NCBI GenBank assembly: GCA_965202985.1
Contig: CBDBCF010000002.1
Coordinates: forward strand, 416,001 to 480,000
DNA length: 64,000 bases
Reading direction: 5' to 3'
Source: Longimicrobiales bacterium
Lineage (GTDB): Bacteria > Gemmatimonadota > Gemmatimonadetes > Longimicrobiales > Gaopeijiaceae
Shown here: one piece after another, positions 40,050-49,785 of the stretch
Position numbering within the stretch: position 1 is the stretch's first letter
Layout of the letters: each line of letters opens with the position of its first letter
Program-made: the position numbers and the translations under genes
The notes under the pieces: generated by a model
What the model was told of the DNA's origin: nothing
What the model saw: only the letters and a program-made list of their open reading frames with translations
Database searches by the model: none

Positions 40050-41977
40050 CGCCTCGGTTGCGACGGCGGAGTCGACGTCAGGTGTGCCTCGGCTTCCCAG
40101 ATGGCGTGCCCGTCCGCGGCGATCTGGCCCGTCCTGATCCGGGCGATATCGTAGCTCGGCAGCTGGACCGGGATCACGCATCCGCCACCCTCCTTGCGAT
40201 GCCGCCAGGGAACCAAGCCAACGGCGACTCGTTCGCGGCCGGCGTCGGCCGGACCGGCGGGAAGCGCTTGCGGGTCCGCGGGGTGGAGATCGACGTAGAA
40301 GCGCGTCGCGGCTTGCCCGTCGCCGCTACGGCACCCTTGCTTCTTCACGTAGACGAGATGGTTGTTGCGCAAGTACACGTCCCAGGCCGAGCGGATCAGC
40401 AGCGCGCCCTTCTTGTCTTCGTTCTCGCCCGGATCGCGGTCGCGCAGCAGTGTGCGCAGCTCCGGGCGAACCGCATAGGTGCTCTTCTGGCGCGTCGTCA
40501 GAGAGGTCGTGTGGGTCAGAAGAGAATGGCCGAGAGTCTCGTACGGCTGGAGCGTGGGGTTGTGCATCACGGTGCCCATTTCCCACACGGTTGTGACGGC
40601 GCCGACGGCCAGCACCGCCAAGAGCGCGCGGTAGGCCGGCCGGGCACATGCAAGGTTGCCCGGCGGCCGAGCGGCGACGGCGCACGCCGCGTAGTGGGCG
40701 AGCATCACCAGCGCCGGGATCGTGAACCTGATGCTCCACTCGCTGAGCCGCGAGGCTCCGTACCAGTACCAAGGCGCAACCAGCAACATGGCAATTGTGG
40801 TCGAGAACGTCGGGTCACGGACGACTCGGGGGTCCAGGCGCCATAGCAGTATCGCGAGCACCATGAATTCGGTTGTGTAGAGCAGGAGGACGTCGATCGC
40901 CATGCGGATCCGGTCGTCGTACAGCTCCCAGAGCCAGCCGCGCTCGAAGTCAATGTGGCCGCTGGTCATGTAAAGGGCGATCAGCGCGGCCAGCGGCACG
41001 GCCACGAAGACGTTCCGCCAACTTGCCGCGTGCCGCGCACTCGGGTTCTTGACCAGCATGGCCGCGGCCAGCGGCAGCAGGCCCGTGGCAAGGAGCGGAG
41101 ACCAGAGGAGACAGCAGGCGAGGACGATGCCGCTCGCGCCCAGGAAGCGGCGGCGCTCGCGAAGCCGAAGCATGAGCAGCGTGCCCAAACACGCCGGAAG
41201 GAAGTGATGCGGCGTACTCGAGAGCGTCAGGTGGTGCGACTGGTACTCCAGCGCCATGGGGCTGGCCGACGTTCGCACGAACTCGAGCCGTCTTTCCTGC
41301 CCGGCAGGCGGGACCCACTCCGGGTCGATCCTGTCGAGAAGCATGTGCGCGGCGTCGGGCATGCCTTCGCGCAGTACCAGTTCAACCACGTCCATGCCGC
41401 TGAAGAGCGCCAGGACGGCGACGGCGGCCAGCGCCGCCCGCAACGCGGACAGTCCGCGAGCGAACAGCAGCACGACCAAGGTCGCGCCGCACCATGTCCA
41501 CAACGGCACCGCCCAGTTGAGCGTCGCGGGTCCCAACCACCGCCCCAGCAGAACCGGGACCAGGTGCCAGCCCGGGTAGTAGCGGAGCAGCGGCGGCGAG
41601 TCGTTCAGGTAGTCGACCGGGTACGTGGGCCAGCCGTCGCGAGTCAGGTCCAGAAGGATGGCCCGGTGTGTGGACCAGTCGTCGGCAACGGTGAAGACCC
41701 CGCCTGCCGCCGTCGTGAGAACCCATCCGGCAGCGACAAGTGCGAGTACGACCGTGGTGCGGGAAGGCCGGCGACAACGCCACGAGCCGGACAGCGCCTG
41801 CCATGCGCCGACCGCGAGCAGCGCCGTCGCCGGCACGCCCACCCACCAGTGGAACCACCCCAGCAACCAAACTGCGACCGGTGCCAGCAGATAGGCCACG
41901 GCTAGCCGGTGCACCAACGGCAGCGCACGGGACTTGCTTGACAGTTGCAGACCGTCGCTGGCGTCGCAACGGGTCAT
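40046..41977 (-). CDS. Polytopic membrane protein paralog (copy 2, most divergent)
   Basis: Colinear with copies 1 and 3; ATG 41977 overlaps the stop of copy 3. Confidence 0.7.
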   Translation of the reverse strand: MTRCDASDGLQLSSKSRALPLVHRLAVAYLLAPVAVWLLGWFHWWVGVPATALLAVGAWQALSGSWRCRRPSRTTVVLALVAAGWVLTTAAGGVFTVADDWSTHRAILLDLTRDGWPTYPVDYLNDSPPLLRYYPGWHLVPVLLGRWLGPATLNWAVPLWTWCGATLVVLLFARGLSALRAALAAVAVLALFSGMDVVELVLREGMPDAAHMLLDRIDPEWVPPAGQERRLEFVRTSASPMALEYQSHHLTLSSTPHHFLPACLGTLLMLRLRERRRFLGASGIVLACCLLWSPLLATGLLPLAAAMLVKNPSARHAASWRNVFVAVPLAALIALYMTSGHIDFERGWLWELYDDRIRMAIDVLLLYTTEFMVLAILLWRLDPRVVRDPTFSTTIAMLLVAPWYWYGASRLSEWSIRFTIPALVMLAHYAACAVAARPPGNLACARPAYRALLAVLAVGAVTTVWEMGTVMHNPTLQPYETLGHSLLTHTTSLTTRQKSTYAVRPELRTLLRDRDPGENEDKKGALLIRSAWDVYLRNNHLVYVKKQGCRSGDGQAATRFYVDLHPADPQALPAGPADAGRERVAVGLVPWRHRKEGGGCVIPVQLPSYDIARIRTGQIAADGHAIWEAEAHLTSTPPSQPRR

Positions 41978-43905
41978 CGCCCCGGGCGCGACGGCGGATT
42001 CGGCGTCAAGTGCGCCTCGGCCTCCCAGATGGCGTCTCCCTCGGGTCCAGCCTGGCCCGTCCTGATCCGGTCGATGTCGTAGTCGGGAAGCGGGACCGGG
42101 ATCACGCATCCGCCGCCTTCCTTGTAGTGCCGCCACGCCATCAGGCCGAAGGCATGCCGTTCGTGGCCGGCGCCGGCCGAACCGGCGGGAAGCGCATGCC
42201 GGTCCGCCGGGTGGAGATCGACGTAGAAGCGCGTCGCGGCTTGCCCGTCGCCGCGGCGGCAGCGGCGCTTTACGTAAACGAGCCGGTTGTCGCGCAAATG
42301 CACGTCCCAGGCCGAACGGATCAGCAGTGCGCCCTTATTGTCCTCGTTCTCGCCGGGATCACGGTGACGCAGCAGCGCGGCGAGCGGGTCGGGAATCGCG
42401 TAGGTGCTCTTCTGGCGCGTCGTCAGAGGGGTCGTGTGGGTCAGGAGAGAGTGCCCGAGGGTTTCGTAGGGCAGGAAGCCTGGCCTGGACGTCGGTCTGT
42501 ACATCTGGAGTCCCATTTCCCACACGACCGTGACCGCGCCGACGGCCAGCACCGCCAACAGGGCGCGGTAGGCTGGCCGCGAACGCGCGTGCCCGTCGGG
42601 CGGCCGAGCCGCAACGGCGCGCGCCGCGTAGTGGGCGAGCACCACCAGCGCCGGGATCGTGAATCTGATGCTCCATTCGCTGAATTCCGGTCGTCCGTAC
42701 CAGTACCAGGGCGCGACCAGCAATGCGCCGACAGCGGCAACGAACGGCGGGTCCCGGACGACGCGGGGGTCGAGCCGCAGCAGCAGCGCAGCGAGCACCG
42801 CGAACTCGGCCGCGTAGAGCAGCAGGACATCGGCCGCCAGCCGAATCCGGTCGTCGTACAGCTCCCAGAGCCAGCCGCGCTCGAAGTCGACGGCGCCGCT
42901 GGTCATGTACAAAGCGATCAGCGCGGCCAGCGGCACGGCGACGAAGAAGTTCTGCCGGCTCGCTGCGCGACGAGCGTTCGGGTTCTTCGCCAGCATCGCC
43001 GCGGCCAGCGGCAGCAGGCCCGTGGCGAGCAGCGGCGACCAGAAGAGGCAGCAGGCGAGGACCACGCCGCTCGCCTCCAAGAAGCGGCGGCGCTCGCGAA
43101 GCCGGAGCATGAGCAGCGTGGCCAAGCCGGCCGGGACGAAGTGCTGCGGCGTGAGCGCTAGAGTCCGGTTGTACGTCTGGTATTCGAGCAGCATGGGGCT
43201 GGCCGACGTTTGCACGAAATCGAACTGTCGGTTCTGTCCTTGTGGCCAGACCCAGTCCGGGTCGATCTTGTCGCGGAGCATGTGCGCGAAGTCGGGAACG
43301 CCCTGGCGCAGCATCATCTCCACTATGTCCATGCCGCTGAAGAACACCAGGACGGCGACGGCCAGCAGCGCCGCCCGCAGCGTGGGCAGGCCGCGTGCGA
43401 AGAGCAGCACGACCAGGGCCGCGCCGCACCACGTCCACAATGGCACCGCCCAGTTGAGTGCCGCGGGTCCCAGCCACCGCCCCAGCAGAACCGGGACCAT
43501 GTGCCAGCCCAGGTAGTAGCGCAGCAACGGCGGCGGGTCGTGCAGGTAGTCGACCGGGTACGTGGGCCATCCGCCCCGGGTCAGGTCCAGAAGGATGGCC
43601 CGGTGCGTGGACCAATCTTCGGAGATCGCGAACACCCCGCCTGCCGGCGTCGTGAGGACCCACGCGCCGGCCGCAAGCACCAGCACGACCGTGGCGCGGG
43701 AAGGCCGGCGCGGGCGCCAAGAGCCCGACAGCGCCTTCCACGCGCCGGCCGCAAGCAGCGCCGTGGCGGGCACGCCCGCCCACCAGTGGAACCATCCCAG
43801 CAGCCACACCGCCACCGGCGCCAGCAAGTAGGCCATCGCCAGCCGGTGCACCAAAGGCAGCTCGCGGGACTCCGTCACCGCACCGCCCGAAGCGCCGCTG
43901 AACAA
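41974..43905 (-). CDS. Polytopic membrane protein paralog (copy 3)
   Basis: Near-identical to copy 1 over long stretches; TTG start, with an in-frame TGA 7 codons upstream. Confidence 0.7.
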   Translation of the reverse strand: MFSGASGGAVTESRELPLVHRLAMAYLLAPVAVWLLGWFHWWAGVPATALLAAGAWKALSGSWRPRRPSRATVVLVLAAGAWVLTTPAGGVFAISEDWSTHRAILLDLTRGGWPTYPVDYLHDPPPLLRYYLGWHMVPVLLGRWLGPAALNWAVPLWTWCGAALVVLLFARGLPTLRAALLAVAVLVFFSGMDIVEMMLRQGVPDFAHMLRDKIDPDWVWPQGQNRQFDFVQTSASPMLLEYQTYNRTLALTPQHFVPAGLATLLMLRLRERRRFLEASGVVLACCLFWSPLLATGLLPLAAAMLAKNPNARRAASRQNFFVAVPLAALIALYMTSGAVDFERGWLWELYDDRIRLAADVLLLYAAEFAVLAALLLRLDPRVVRDPPFVAAVGALLVAPWYWYGRPEFSEWSIRFTIPALVVLAHYAARAVAARPPDGHARSRPAYRALLAVLAVGAVTVVWEMGLQMYRPTSRPGFLPYETLGHSLLTHTTPLTTRQKSTYAIPDPLAALLRHRDPGENEDNKGALLIRSAWDVHLRDNRLVYVKRRCRRGDGQAATRFYVDLHPADRHALPAGSAGAGHERHAFGLMAWRHYKEGGGCVIPVPLPDYDIDRIRTGQAGPEGDAIWEAEAHLTPNPPSRPGR

Positions 43906-43957
43906 CTGCCGACCGTCGCGTTGTCACCGGCCACGAGAGAGAACATCGATCCGACCA

Positions 43958-45772
43958 TCAGTAGTCCGGCGGCCGCAAGTAGGACTCCGCCGAACTGTCC
44001 GACAGCACCGCCGAAGCGGGCGGCCGTCGCTTCCAGTGGGTGCCCGCCAGCCGCCGTCGCACGACCTCCACGTCTTGGGCCGAGAAGCCTCCCGCCACCA
44101 GGACGCCCGGCGCATGGCCCCGAACCAAGCCCAGCAGGATCGGATCCGCCCGGTGGTACGAAATGCCCAGCTCGTCTTCGTCGTGCACGCCCGGCACCAG
44201 GTCGGCGCTCGGAGGGCTGGCGACGATCTCGTCCGGCACGCCCAAGTGGCGCGCCAGCGCCGTCACCTGGGTCTTGAACAGGTCTCCCAACGGGTTGACC
44301 GGCAGGGCGTCGTCGGCGTGCCAAGTGAAGTAGCCCAGCAAGCGCTCGCTCTTGTTGCCGGTCCCCAAGGGCAGGGCCGCCAGCTTGGCCGACTGGTCGA
44401 ACAGCACGGCCGCCCGAACGCGCGCCGCGAAGTTGCCTCGGCGCAACCCCGACGCGCCCGCCTCGTGAGACGCCAGGTACCCGTCCACCGCACCGGCAAC
44501 ATCCAGCGTCCGCGCTTCGACGCTGGAAGCGTCCAACGCGAGCGCCGCACGGGCGCGGCCGGCGGCGCTGGAAGCTGCGTCGGGCAAGCGAAACCCAAAG
44601 ACGTTCTCGGGCCCGAGCGCCCTGCAGGCCAGAAAGAGGGACACGGCCGAATCCACGCCGCCCGAGACGCCCACGACGACTCGCGAGAAGCCCCGGCGAC
44701 CGGCGACCTCGTCTTGAATGAAGGCCAGCAGCGCAGTCTCGACCAGGGCGGGATCGACGACCAGCGCCGCCTCCAACTGGCGCAACAACGAACCGTCGCT
44801 GTCGGAAGACGGCTTGGAAGGCGCTTCCGCTTCGGTGCCGGGCGACCCGGGCTCGCGCCCCACGCTCCTGGCCGGGGGCGCACCGCCGGCCTCCGGCCCG
44901 GCCCCCGCTTCGGCCGCCAGGTCCAGCGAGCGGCGAAGGTGCGGCAGCGCAGAGCGCAGATCGGCCAGGAACGGTTGGCGAGCGCGCACTCGGCCGATCT
45001 CGCCCGAGCGCACCAGAGCCCGCGCGGCCCCTCCGCCGAACAAAGGTCCCCGCGCAAGCAGCTCGCCGCCGGGACCCCACGCGGTCGACCCGCCGGAGAA
45101 CAACTTCCCCCCTTCCGATCCGACCAACTGGGACACCATCACGAAGACGCCGTGCTCGCGGGCTGTCCTCCCCGCCGTCCGGTCCCATTCGTCCAAATTG
45201 CCCGGGCGGGGCGCGGTCGAGGCGTTCGGACGGGGCGCGAACCCGCGAGCCGGAGACGCCGCGACGCACAGGATCAGACCTGCCCCGTCCAGGGCCAGAA
45301 CCGTGGCGGGCAGCGAGTGCCACAGATCCTCGCACACCAGCAGGCCCATCCGCCCGAAGCGCGTGTCGAAGGCGCGCACTTCCCTTCCCGGCTCCACGAA
45401 CCGCCCTTCGTCGAAGAGACCATACGTGGGCAAGAACATCTTCCGATGCACGTGGACGAGATGGTACCGTCCGCCCCGTGGCGTCAGATACGCAGCGCTG
45501 TTGTACACGCCCTCGTCGTCCTTCTCGTAGAAGCCCAGGACCACGTCGCAGTCGCAGCCCGGGGGCGGTTCGCCCAGGGCGCGCGCCAGCCCTTCGCGCG
45601 TCAGGGCGACTTCCCTGGTGCCGCCCTCCACGAAATACCCCGAAAGCACCGTCTCCGGGAACACCACGACGTCCGCTTCGGGGTCGAGCGTCTTCCTTGC
45701 CGCGCCGGCGTTCCATGCAACGTCGCCCTTGCAGGGCTTGATCTGGGCCAGCACGACCCGGATGGAGCGCAT
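43958..45772 (-). CDS. nadE: Glutamine-dependent NAD+ synthetase (nitrilase domain + synthetase)
   Basis: Nitrilase triad FPET / HRKMFLP / CEDLW; GVSGGVDS, GN..ARVR, TGNKSE, GDLFKTQV, PSADL. Confidence 0.93.
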   Translation of the reverse strand: MRSIRVVLAQIKPCKGDVAWNAGAARKTLDPEADVVVFPETVLSGYFVEGGTREVALTREGLARALGEPPPGCDCDVVLGFYEKDDEGVYNSAAYLTPRGGRYHLVHVHRKMFLPTYGLFDEGRFVEPGREVRAFDTRFGRMGLLVCEDLWHSLPATVLALDGAGLILCVAASPARGFAPRPNASTAPRPGNLDEWDRTAGRTAREHGVFVMVSQLVGSEGGKLFSGGSTAWGPGGELLARGPLFGGGAARALVRSGEIGRVRARQPFLADLRSALPHLRRSLDLAAEAGAGPEAGGAPPARSVGREPGSPGTEAEAPSKPSSDSDGSLLRQLEAALVVDPALVETALLAFIQDEVAGRRGFSRVVVGVSGGVDSAVSLFLACRALGPENVFGFRLPDAASSAAGRARAALALDASSVEARTLDVAGAVDGYLASHEAGASGLRRGNFAARVRAAVLFDQSAKLAALPLGTGNKSERLLGYFTWHADDALPVNPLGDLFKTQVTALARHLGVPDEIVASPPSADLVPGVHDEDELGISYHRADPILLGLVRGHAPGVLVAGGFSAQDVEVVRRRLAGTHWKRRPPASAVLSDSSAESYLRPPDY

Positions 45773-45861
45773 CGGCGGCAGCTCCTCTTCGGCAGTAGGC
45801 GCAAAATCGGTCAACCTTCTAAAATAAGGGAGACTCCCCCGCAACCCGGAACGACATTCCC

Positions 45862-47544
45862 ATGCCCACGTCATCGCGCGCCAGCTTGGCGTCTCTTGCA
45901 ACTCTCGTCGCCGGGCTGCTTCCGGTGCCCGCGCAGCCCGCGACCGCCCAGAGCGGCCAGAGCGCGGAGACGCCGCCCGTAGTCGCTTCCGGGAACGGGG
46001 TGGTCGGCCGATCCCAGGCCCCGCCGGAAGCGGCCCGAGTCTTTCTGGAAGTCTTCCGGGCGATCTCCCGGAACCACGAGTCGGCCCCCAGCGATTCGGC
46101 CCTGTGGGAAGACGCGATCGAGGGCTTGGTCGAGCAGCTGGACGACCCCTACGCCGTCGTCCTCAGCACCGACGACTTCGCTCGGTTCACCGAGGACAAC
46201 ACGGGCAACTACGCGGGCATCGGCGTCCAGATTTCCCTCTTGGGCGGGCGTGTCACAGTTACGGCCGTCTTCGACCAGACGCCTGCCCAGCGAGCCGGCG
46301 TGACTCTGGGCGATCAGATTGTGGAGGTGGAGGACGAAGACGCTCGCGAATGGTCCCTGGACCAAGCCCGAGACGCGATCCGGGGCCAGCCCGGGTCGGT
46401 CGTGCGAATACGGGTAGCCCGCGAAGGGTTTGCGAACTTGGTTCCCTTCGCCATCACGCGCGACAACGTTCACGTCCCGTCGGTGGAGGCGACTCGGCTC
46501 GCGGAAGACGTGGTCTACGTCCGTGTTCACCGGTTCGCCCGCAATGCGGCGCTGGAGCTGGCTTCGTCGCTGGACTCGGAGCCGGACGCCGCGGCGTTCG
46601 TCCTGGACTTTCGCGGGAACCCGGGGGGGTACCTGGACGAATCCCTGCACGTCGCCGACTTGTTCCTGACGCCAGGCCAGGTCGTGGCCAGCGTGGACCA
46701 GCGGGACGCTGCCGGCAACGTGCGCCAACAGTCCTTGCGAGCGGCGCGGCCGGCGCGGATCCCGGGCAAGCCTGTCGTGGTCCTGGTCGACGAGTTCACG
46801 GCGTCGGCGCCGGAGATCGTGGCGGGCGCCCTGCAGGACCACGATAGGGCGCTGGTCGTGGGCGAGCGCACCTTCGGCAAGGGGCTGGTTCAGACCGTGT
46901 ATCCGCTCAGCGACGGTCGGCGCATTCGGCTGACCACCGGGTCGTGGTACACCCCGCTGGGCCGCTCCCTGCACCGCGCGCGCCACCGGAATGGGGTTCC
47001 GATCCGTCCCGAAGTGCTCCGGGCGGCGATTGCCGGCGCCGCCGACAGTGACGAGGCGGTGGTGGCGACCCCGGCCGGCCGGCTCATGAAGGCGGGGGGC
47101 GGCGTGTACCCGGACGTGGAAGTCGTGGCCGACACCTTCGGAATCGAAGTGCGGCGGCTGGTGGACCACGCGAACGAGCAGCAGGTCCTGCTGTACGCTC
47201 GAATGGAGGAGTACGCCTTCGGCCAAGCCAAGGCGGCCCGCGCCTCGGGCGACGTGCGCCCGCTGCCGTCCTCTGCGTTCGACGAGCTGGCCCAGGACTT
47301 GATCGACGCCGGGTTGGGCGCAGCGCTGGTCGACGACCCGGTGGCCCGGGACTGGCTGGAGTGGCGCACGCAAATTCGGTACCTCAGCCGGGCCGGCGCC
47401 ATGGACCTGGCCTTGTCGGTGCAGGCACGGCACGACCGCGTGCTGGCCGAGGCGGTCCGGCTGGCGCGCTCCGCCAACACGACCGACGAGCTCTTTGCGC
47501 TGGTGGGCTCGACCGAAGAAGAGGTCCCTTCCCAGTCGCGCTGA
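45862..47544 (+). CDS. ctpA: Carboxy-terminal processing protease, S41 family
   Basis: LDDPY, GNYAGIG PDZ, DFRGNPGG, TASAPEIVAGALQD, GERTFGKG, YTPLGRS. Confidence 0.9.
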   Translation: MPTSSRASLASLATLVAGLLPVPAQPATAQSGQSAETPPVVASGNGVVGRSQAPPEAARVFLEVFRAISRNHESAPSDSALWEDAIEGLVEQLDDPYAVVLSTDDFARFTEDNTGNYAGIGVQISLLGGRVTVTAVFDQTPAQRAGVTLGDQIVEVEDEDAREWSLDQARDAIRGQPGSVVRIRVAREGFANLVPFAITRDNVHVPSVEATRLAEDVVYVRVHRFARNAALELASSLDSEPDAAAFVLDFRGNPGGYLDESLHVADLFLTPGQVVASVDQRDAAGNVRQQSLRAARPARIPGKPVVVLVDEFTASAPEIVAGALQDHDRALVVGERTFGKGLVQTVYPLSDGRRIRLTTGSWYTPLGRSLHRARHRNGVPIRPEVLRAAIAGAADSDEAVVATPAGRLMKAGGGVYPDVEVVADTFGIEVRRLVDHANEQQVLLYARMEEYAFGQAKAARASGDVRPLPSSAFDELAQDLIDAGLGAALVDDPVARDWLEWRTQIRYLSRAGAMDLALSVQARHDRVLAEAVRLARSANTTDELFALVGSTEEEVPSQSR

Positions 47545-47604
47545 CGCCGGCTTGGGGCGCGTGGCCGGCGCCGATCGGCCGATCGGGGAGCGAGGGCCAG
47601 CGCG

Positions 47605-48528
47605 TCAGCTTCGCGGGTGATGGGTCCGGTGGACGCGGCGCAGGTGCTCGCGGTCCAGGTGCGTATAGACCTGGGTCGTGCCGACGTCGGCGTGTCCCAG
47701 CAGCTCTTGGACGGCCACCAGGTCCGCCCCGCCCTCCAAGAGGTGCGTGGCGCACGTGTGGCGAAGCGTGTGGGGCGAGATCTTGCGCTCGATGCCCGCC
47801 CGCTTGGCCGCGCGGGACACGATCGTCCAAACGGACATGCGGCTCAGCCGGGCACCGCGGTGATTCAGGAACAGGGCGCTCCCGCTTCCGCCCCGGTCCA
47901 GCTCCGGGCGCGTGCCGGTCAAGTAGCGCTCCACCGCCCGGCGGGCCGGCCCTCCCACGGGCACGAGCCGCTCCTTCCCCCCCTTGCCGAATACCACCGC
48001 GCTCTCGTCTTCCAAATCCAGGTCCTGCACCGACATGCCCGTGAGTTCGCTGACCCGCATTCCCGTGGCGTAGAGCAGCTCCAGGACCGCTCGGTCCCTC
48101 CAGTGAGCCGGCGAGTCCGGGTCCACGGCCTCCATGAGTCGCGCGGCCTCCGCCTGCGAAAGGAACTCGGGCAGCTTCTTGGCCTTGACGGGACTGTCCA
48201 TGCGGTCGGCCGGGTTCTCGGACAGCAGCTCCTCGGCGACCAGGAACCCGAAGTACGCCCGCAGCGCCGACTGGGCCCGGCGAATCGACGACGCGGCAGC
48301 GCCCCGCTGGCGAAGGTGGGCCACGTAGCCGTCCAGGATGCGGTGGTCGATCCGGGTCAGCGCCGGTGGCTCTCCGCCGTCCGCCCAGTAGACCAGGAAG
48401 TGCTTCAGGTCGCTGCGGTAGTTCTCCAGGGTGCGGGGCCGAAGCCCTCGCTCCAGCGCAAGGAAGTCGAGAAACGGTTCTGCATGGCACCCGCGCATGA
48501 GGGCGTCCGTTCGCGACTCACCGCGCAT
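47605..48528 (-). CDS. xerD: Tyrosine recombinase XerD
   Basis: RDRAVLELLYATGMRVSEL, GKGGKERLVP, HTLRH, LLGH, TTQVYTH; LSRMSVW favours XerD over XerC. Confidence 0.88.
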   Translation of the reverse strand: MRGESRTDALMRGCHAEPFLDFLALERGLRPRTLENYRSDLKHFLVYWADGGEPPALTRIDHRILDGYVAHLRQRGAAASSIRRAQSALRAYFGFLVAEELLSENPADRMDSPVKAKKLPEFLSQAEAARLMEAVDPDSPAHWRDRAVLELLYATGMRVSELTGMSVQDLDLEDESAVVFGKGGKERLVPVGGPARRAVERYLTGTRPELDRGGSGSALFLNHRGARLSRMSVWTIVSRAAKRAGIERKISPHTLRHTCATHLLEGGADLVAVQELLGHADVGTTQVYTHLDREHLRRVHRTHHPRS

Positions 48529-49150
48529 GGTTCGGGTCTCCGTCCTCGTCGGTCCGGCGAGCGCGACGCCACCACGTCGCCAGCGCGACGCCGACCACGG
48601 CCGCAACGACCAGCAGCCCCCGGTTGGTGCGCCGAAGAGCCTCGGCAACGGCATCCAAGTTGTCGCCGGCCAAGTAGCCTGCCCGCACCAGCGCCCCGTA
48701 CCACGCGGCCGACGCCAGCAGCAGCGGCGCCGCCACCTTGAACGGCGCTTGGCGCGTCACGCCGGCGAAGACGGGCACCAGGGCGCGGAAGCCCGGCAGG
48801 AATCGAGCCAGGAAGATCGCCGCGACGCCCCATCGCTCGTAGAACGCCGCCAAGCGCGTCATCTGCCGCTCCGAGACCCAGCGCCTTCCCCGTCCCGAGC
48901 GGAAGAAATCGGGCCCGTAGCGCCGACCCGCCAGGTAGACCGCCCACGCCCCGCCCACGTTCAGGCCCCAGACGGCCAGAAAGACGACCACGGGGTCCAG
49001 CATGCCGACGCCTGCCAGAAAGCCGCCGGCCACGATGAACGTGTCGGCCGGCACAACGGGCAGCAGGTTTTCGACGAAGGCGCCCGCCGCCAGAAGCGCG
49101 TACACCGGCGCCGGAGGAAGGTCGTTCAGGCAGGCAAGAACCTCTTCCAC
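48518..49150 (-). CDS. DedA family membrane protein
   Basis: FVENLLPVVPAD, YLAGRRYG, ARFLPGFR. Confidence 0.9.
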   Translation of the reverse strand: MEEVLACLNDLPPAPVYALLAAGAFVENLLPVVPADTFIVAGGFLAGVGMLDPVVVFLAVWGLNVGGAWAVYLAGRRYGPDFFRSGRGRRWVSERQMTRLAAFYERWGVAAIFLARFLPGFRALVPVFAGVTRQAPFKVAAPLLLASAAWYGALVRAGYLAGDNLDAVAEALRRTNRGLLVVAAVVGVALATWWRRARRTDEDGDPNHAR

Positions 49151-49211
49151 GGCTAACCGGCCCGCACCGCCGTTCCGCTGCGGCGACCCGCTCGGCGCAT
49201 GCCGCCGAGCC

Positions 49212-49784
49212 CTAGCGCTGCCGCCCGGCGCCCGCCGACAGCGGCGCCAACGCGGCCACGGCGTGCACGGCGACCCCCTCGCCGTGCCCGATCCAGCCCA
49301 TCCCCTCGTTGGTCTTGCCCTTCACCGACACGTCGCCCGCGTCCACGCCCAGACGCCCGGCAAGCACGGCGCGCATCTCGGCCGCCCGCGGGCCGATCTT
49401 GGGACGCTCGCACACCACCACGACATCCACGTTCGCCACCCGCCAGGAGGCCCGGCGCAACAGAGCCGCGACCCGGCCGAGCAGCGCCATGGAGTCGGCC
49501 CCTCGCCAGCGCGGGTCGCCCGGAGGGAAGTGGCTGCCCACATCCCCCAGGCACGCCGCGCCCAACACGGCGTCGATCACGGCATGGGCGACGGCGTCGC
49601 CGTCGGAGTGACCCTCCAGGCCTGGGCTCTCGGGGAAGCGGACGCCGCCAAGCACCAAGGGCGGCGAGGCGTCGAAGCGGTGCGAATCGTAGCCGATGCC
49701 GACGCGGAAGCCGTGCCGCCGCGGGGGCTTGCTGTTCCCGGCGTCGTCGCGAGGCCCGCCGTCTTCGGCCCCGTCGCCGCCCAC
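49212..49784 (-). CDS. ispF: 2-C-methyl-D-erythritol 2,4-cyclodiphosphate synthase
   Basis: RVGIGYDSHRF, GHSDGDAVAHA, GDVGSHFP, KGKTNEGMG; start approximate. Confidence 0.95.
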   Translation of the reverse strand: MGGDGAEDGGPRDDAGNSKPPRRHGFRVGIGYDSHRFDASPPLVLGGVRFPESPGLEGHSDGDAVAHAVIDAVLGAACLGDVGSHFPPGDPRWRGADSMALLGRVAALLRRASWRVANVDVVVVCERPKIGPRAAEMRAVLAGRLGVDAGDVSVKGKTNEGMGWIGHGEGVAVHAVAALAPLSAGAGRQR

Positions 49785-49785
49785 G

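Larger units (their letters stand above)
38097..43920. repeat. Three tandem ~1.93-1.95 kb gene-sized repeats
   Basis: Stops at 38097, 40046 and 41974 (periods 1949 and 1928 bp). Confidence 0.95.

Noticed and set aside
40050..40181. Longer starts for paralogs 1 and 2 (40181, 42136)
   Set aside because: They overlap the upstream paralog C-terminus; ATGA-coupled starts at 40049 and 41977 fit better
38097..43905. Diversity-generating retroelement as the source of variation among the three paralogs (also considered for the TPR pair)
   Set aside because: No reverse transcriptase in the window; differences are not confined to adenines and include indels
47605..48528. Tyrosine recombinase as a prophage or island integrase
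   Set aside because: Typical XerD size and motifs, embedded in a housekeeping run (ispF-dedA-xerD), with no att sites or cargo
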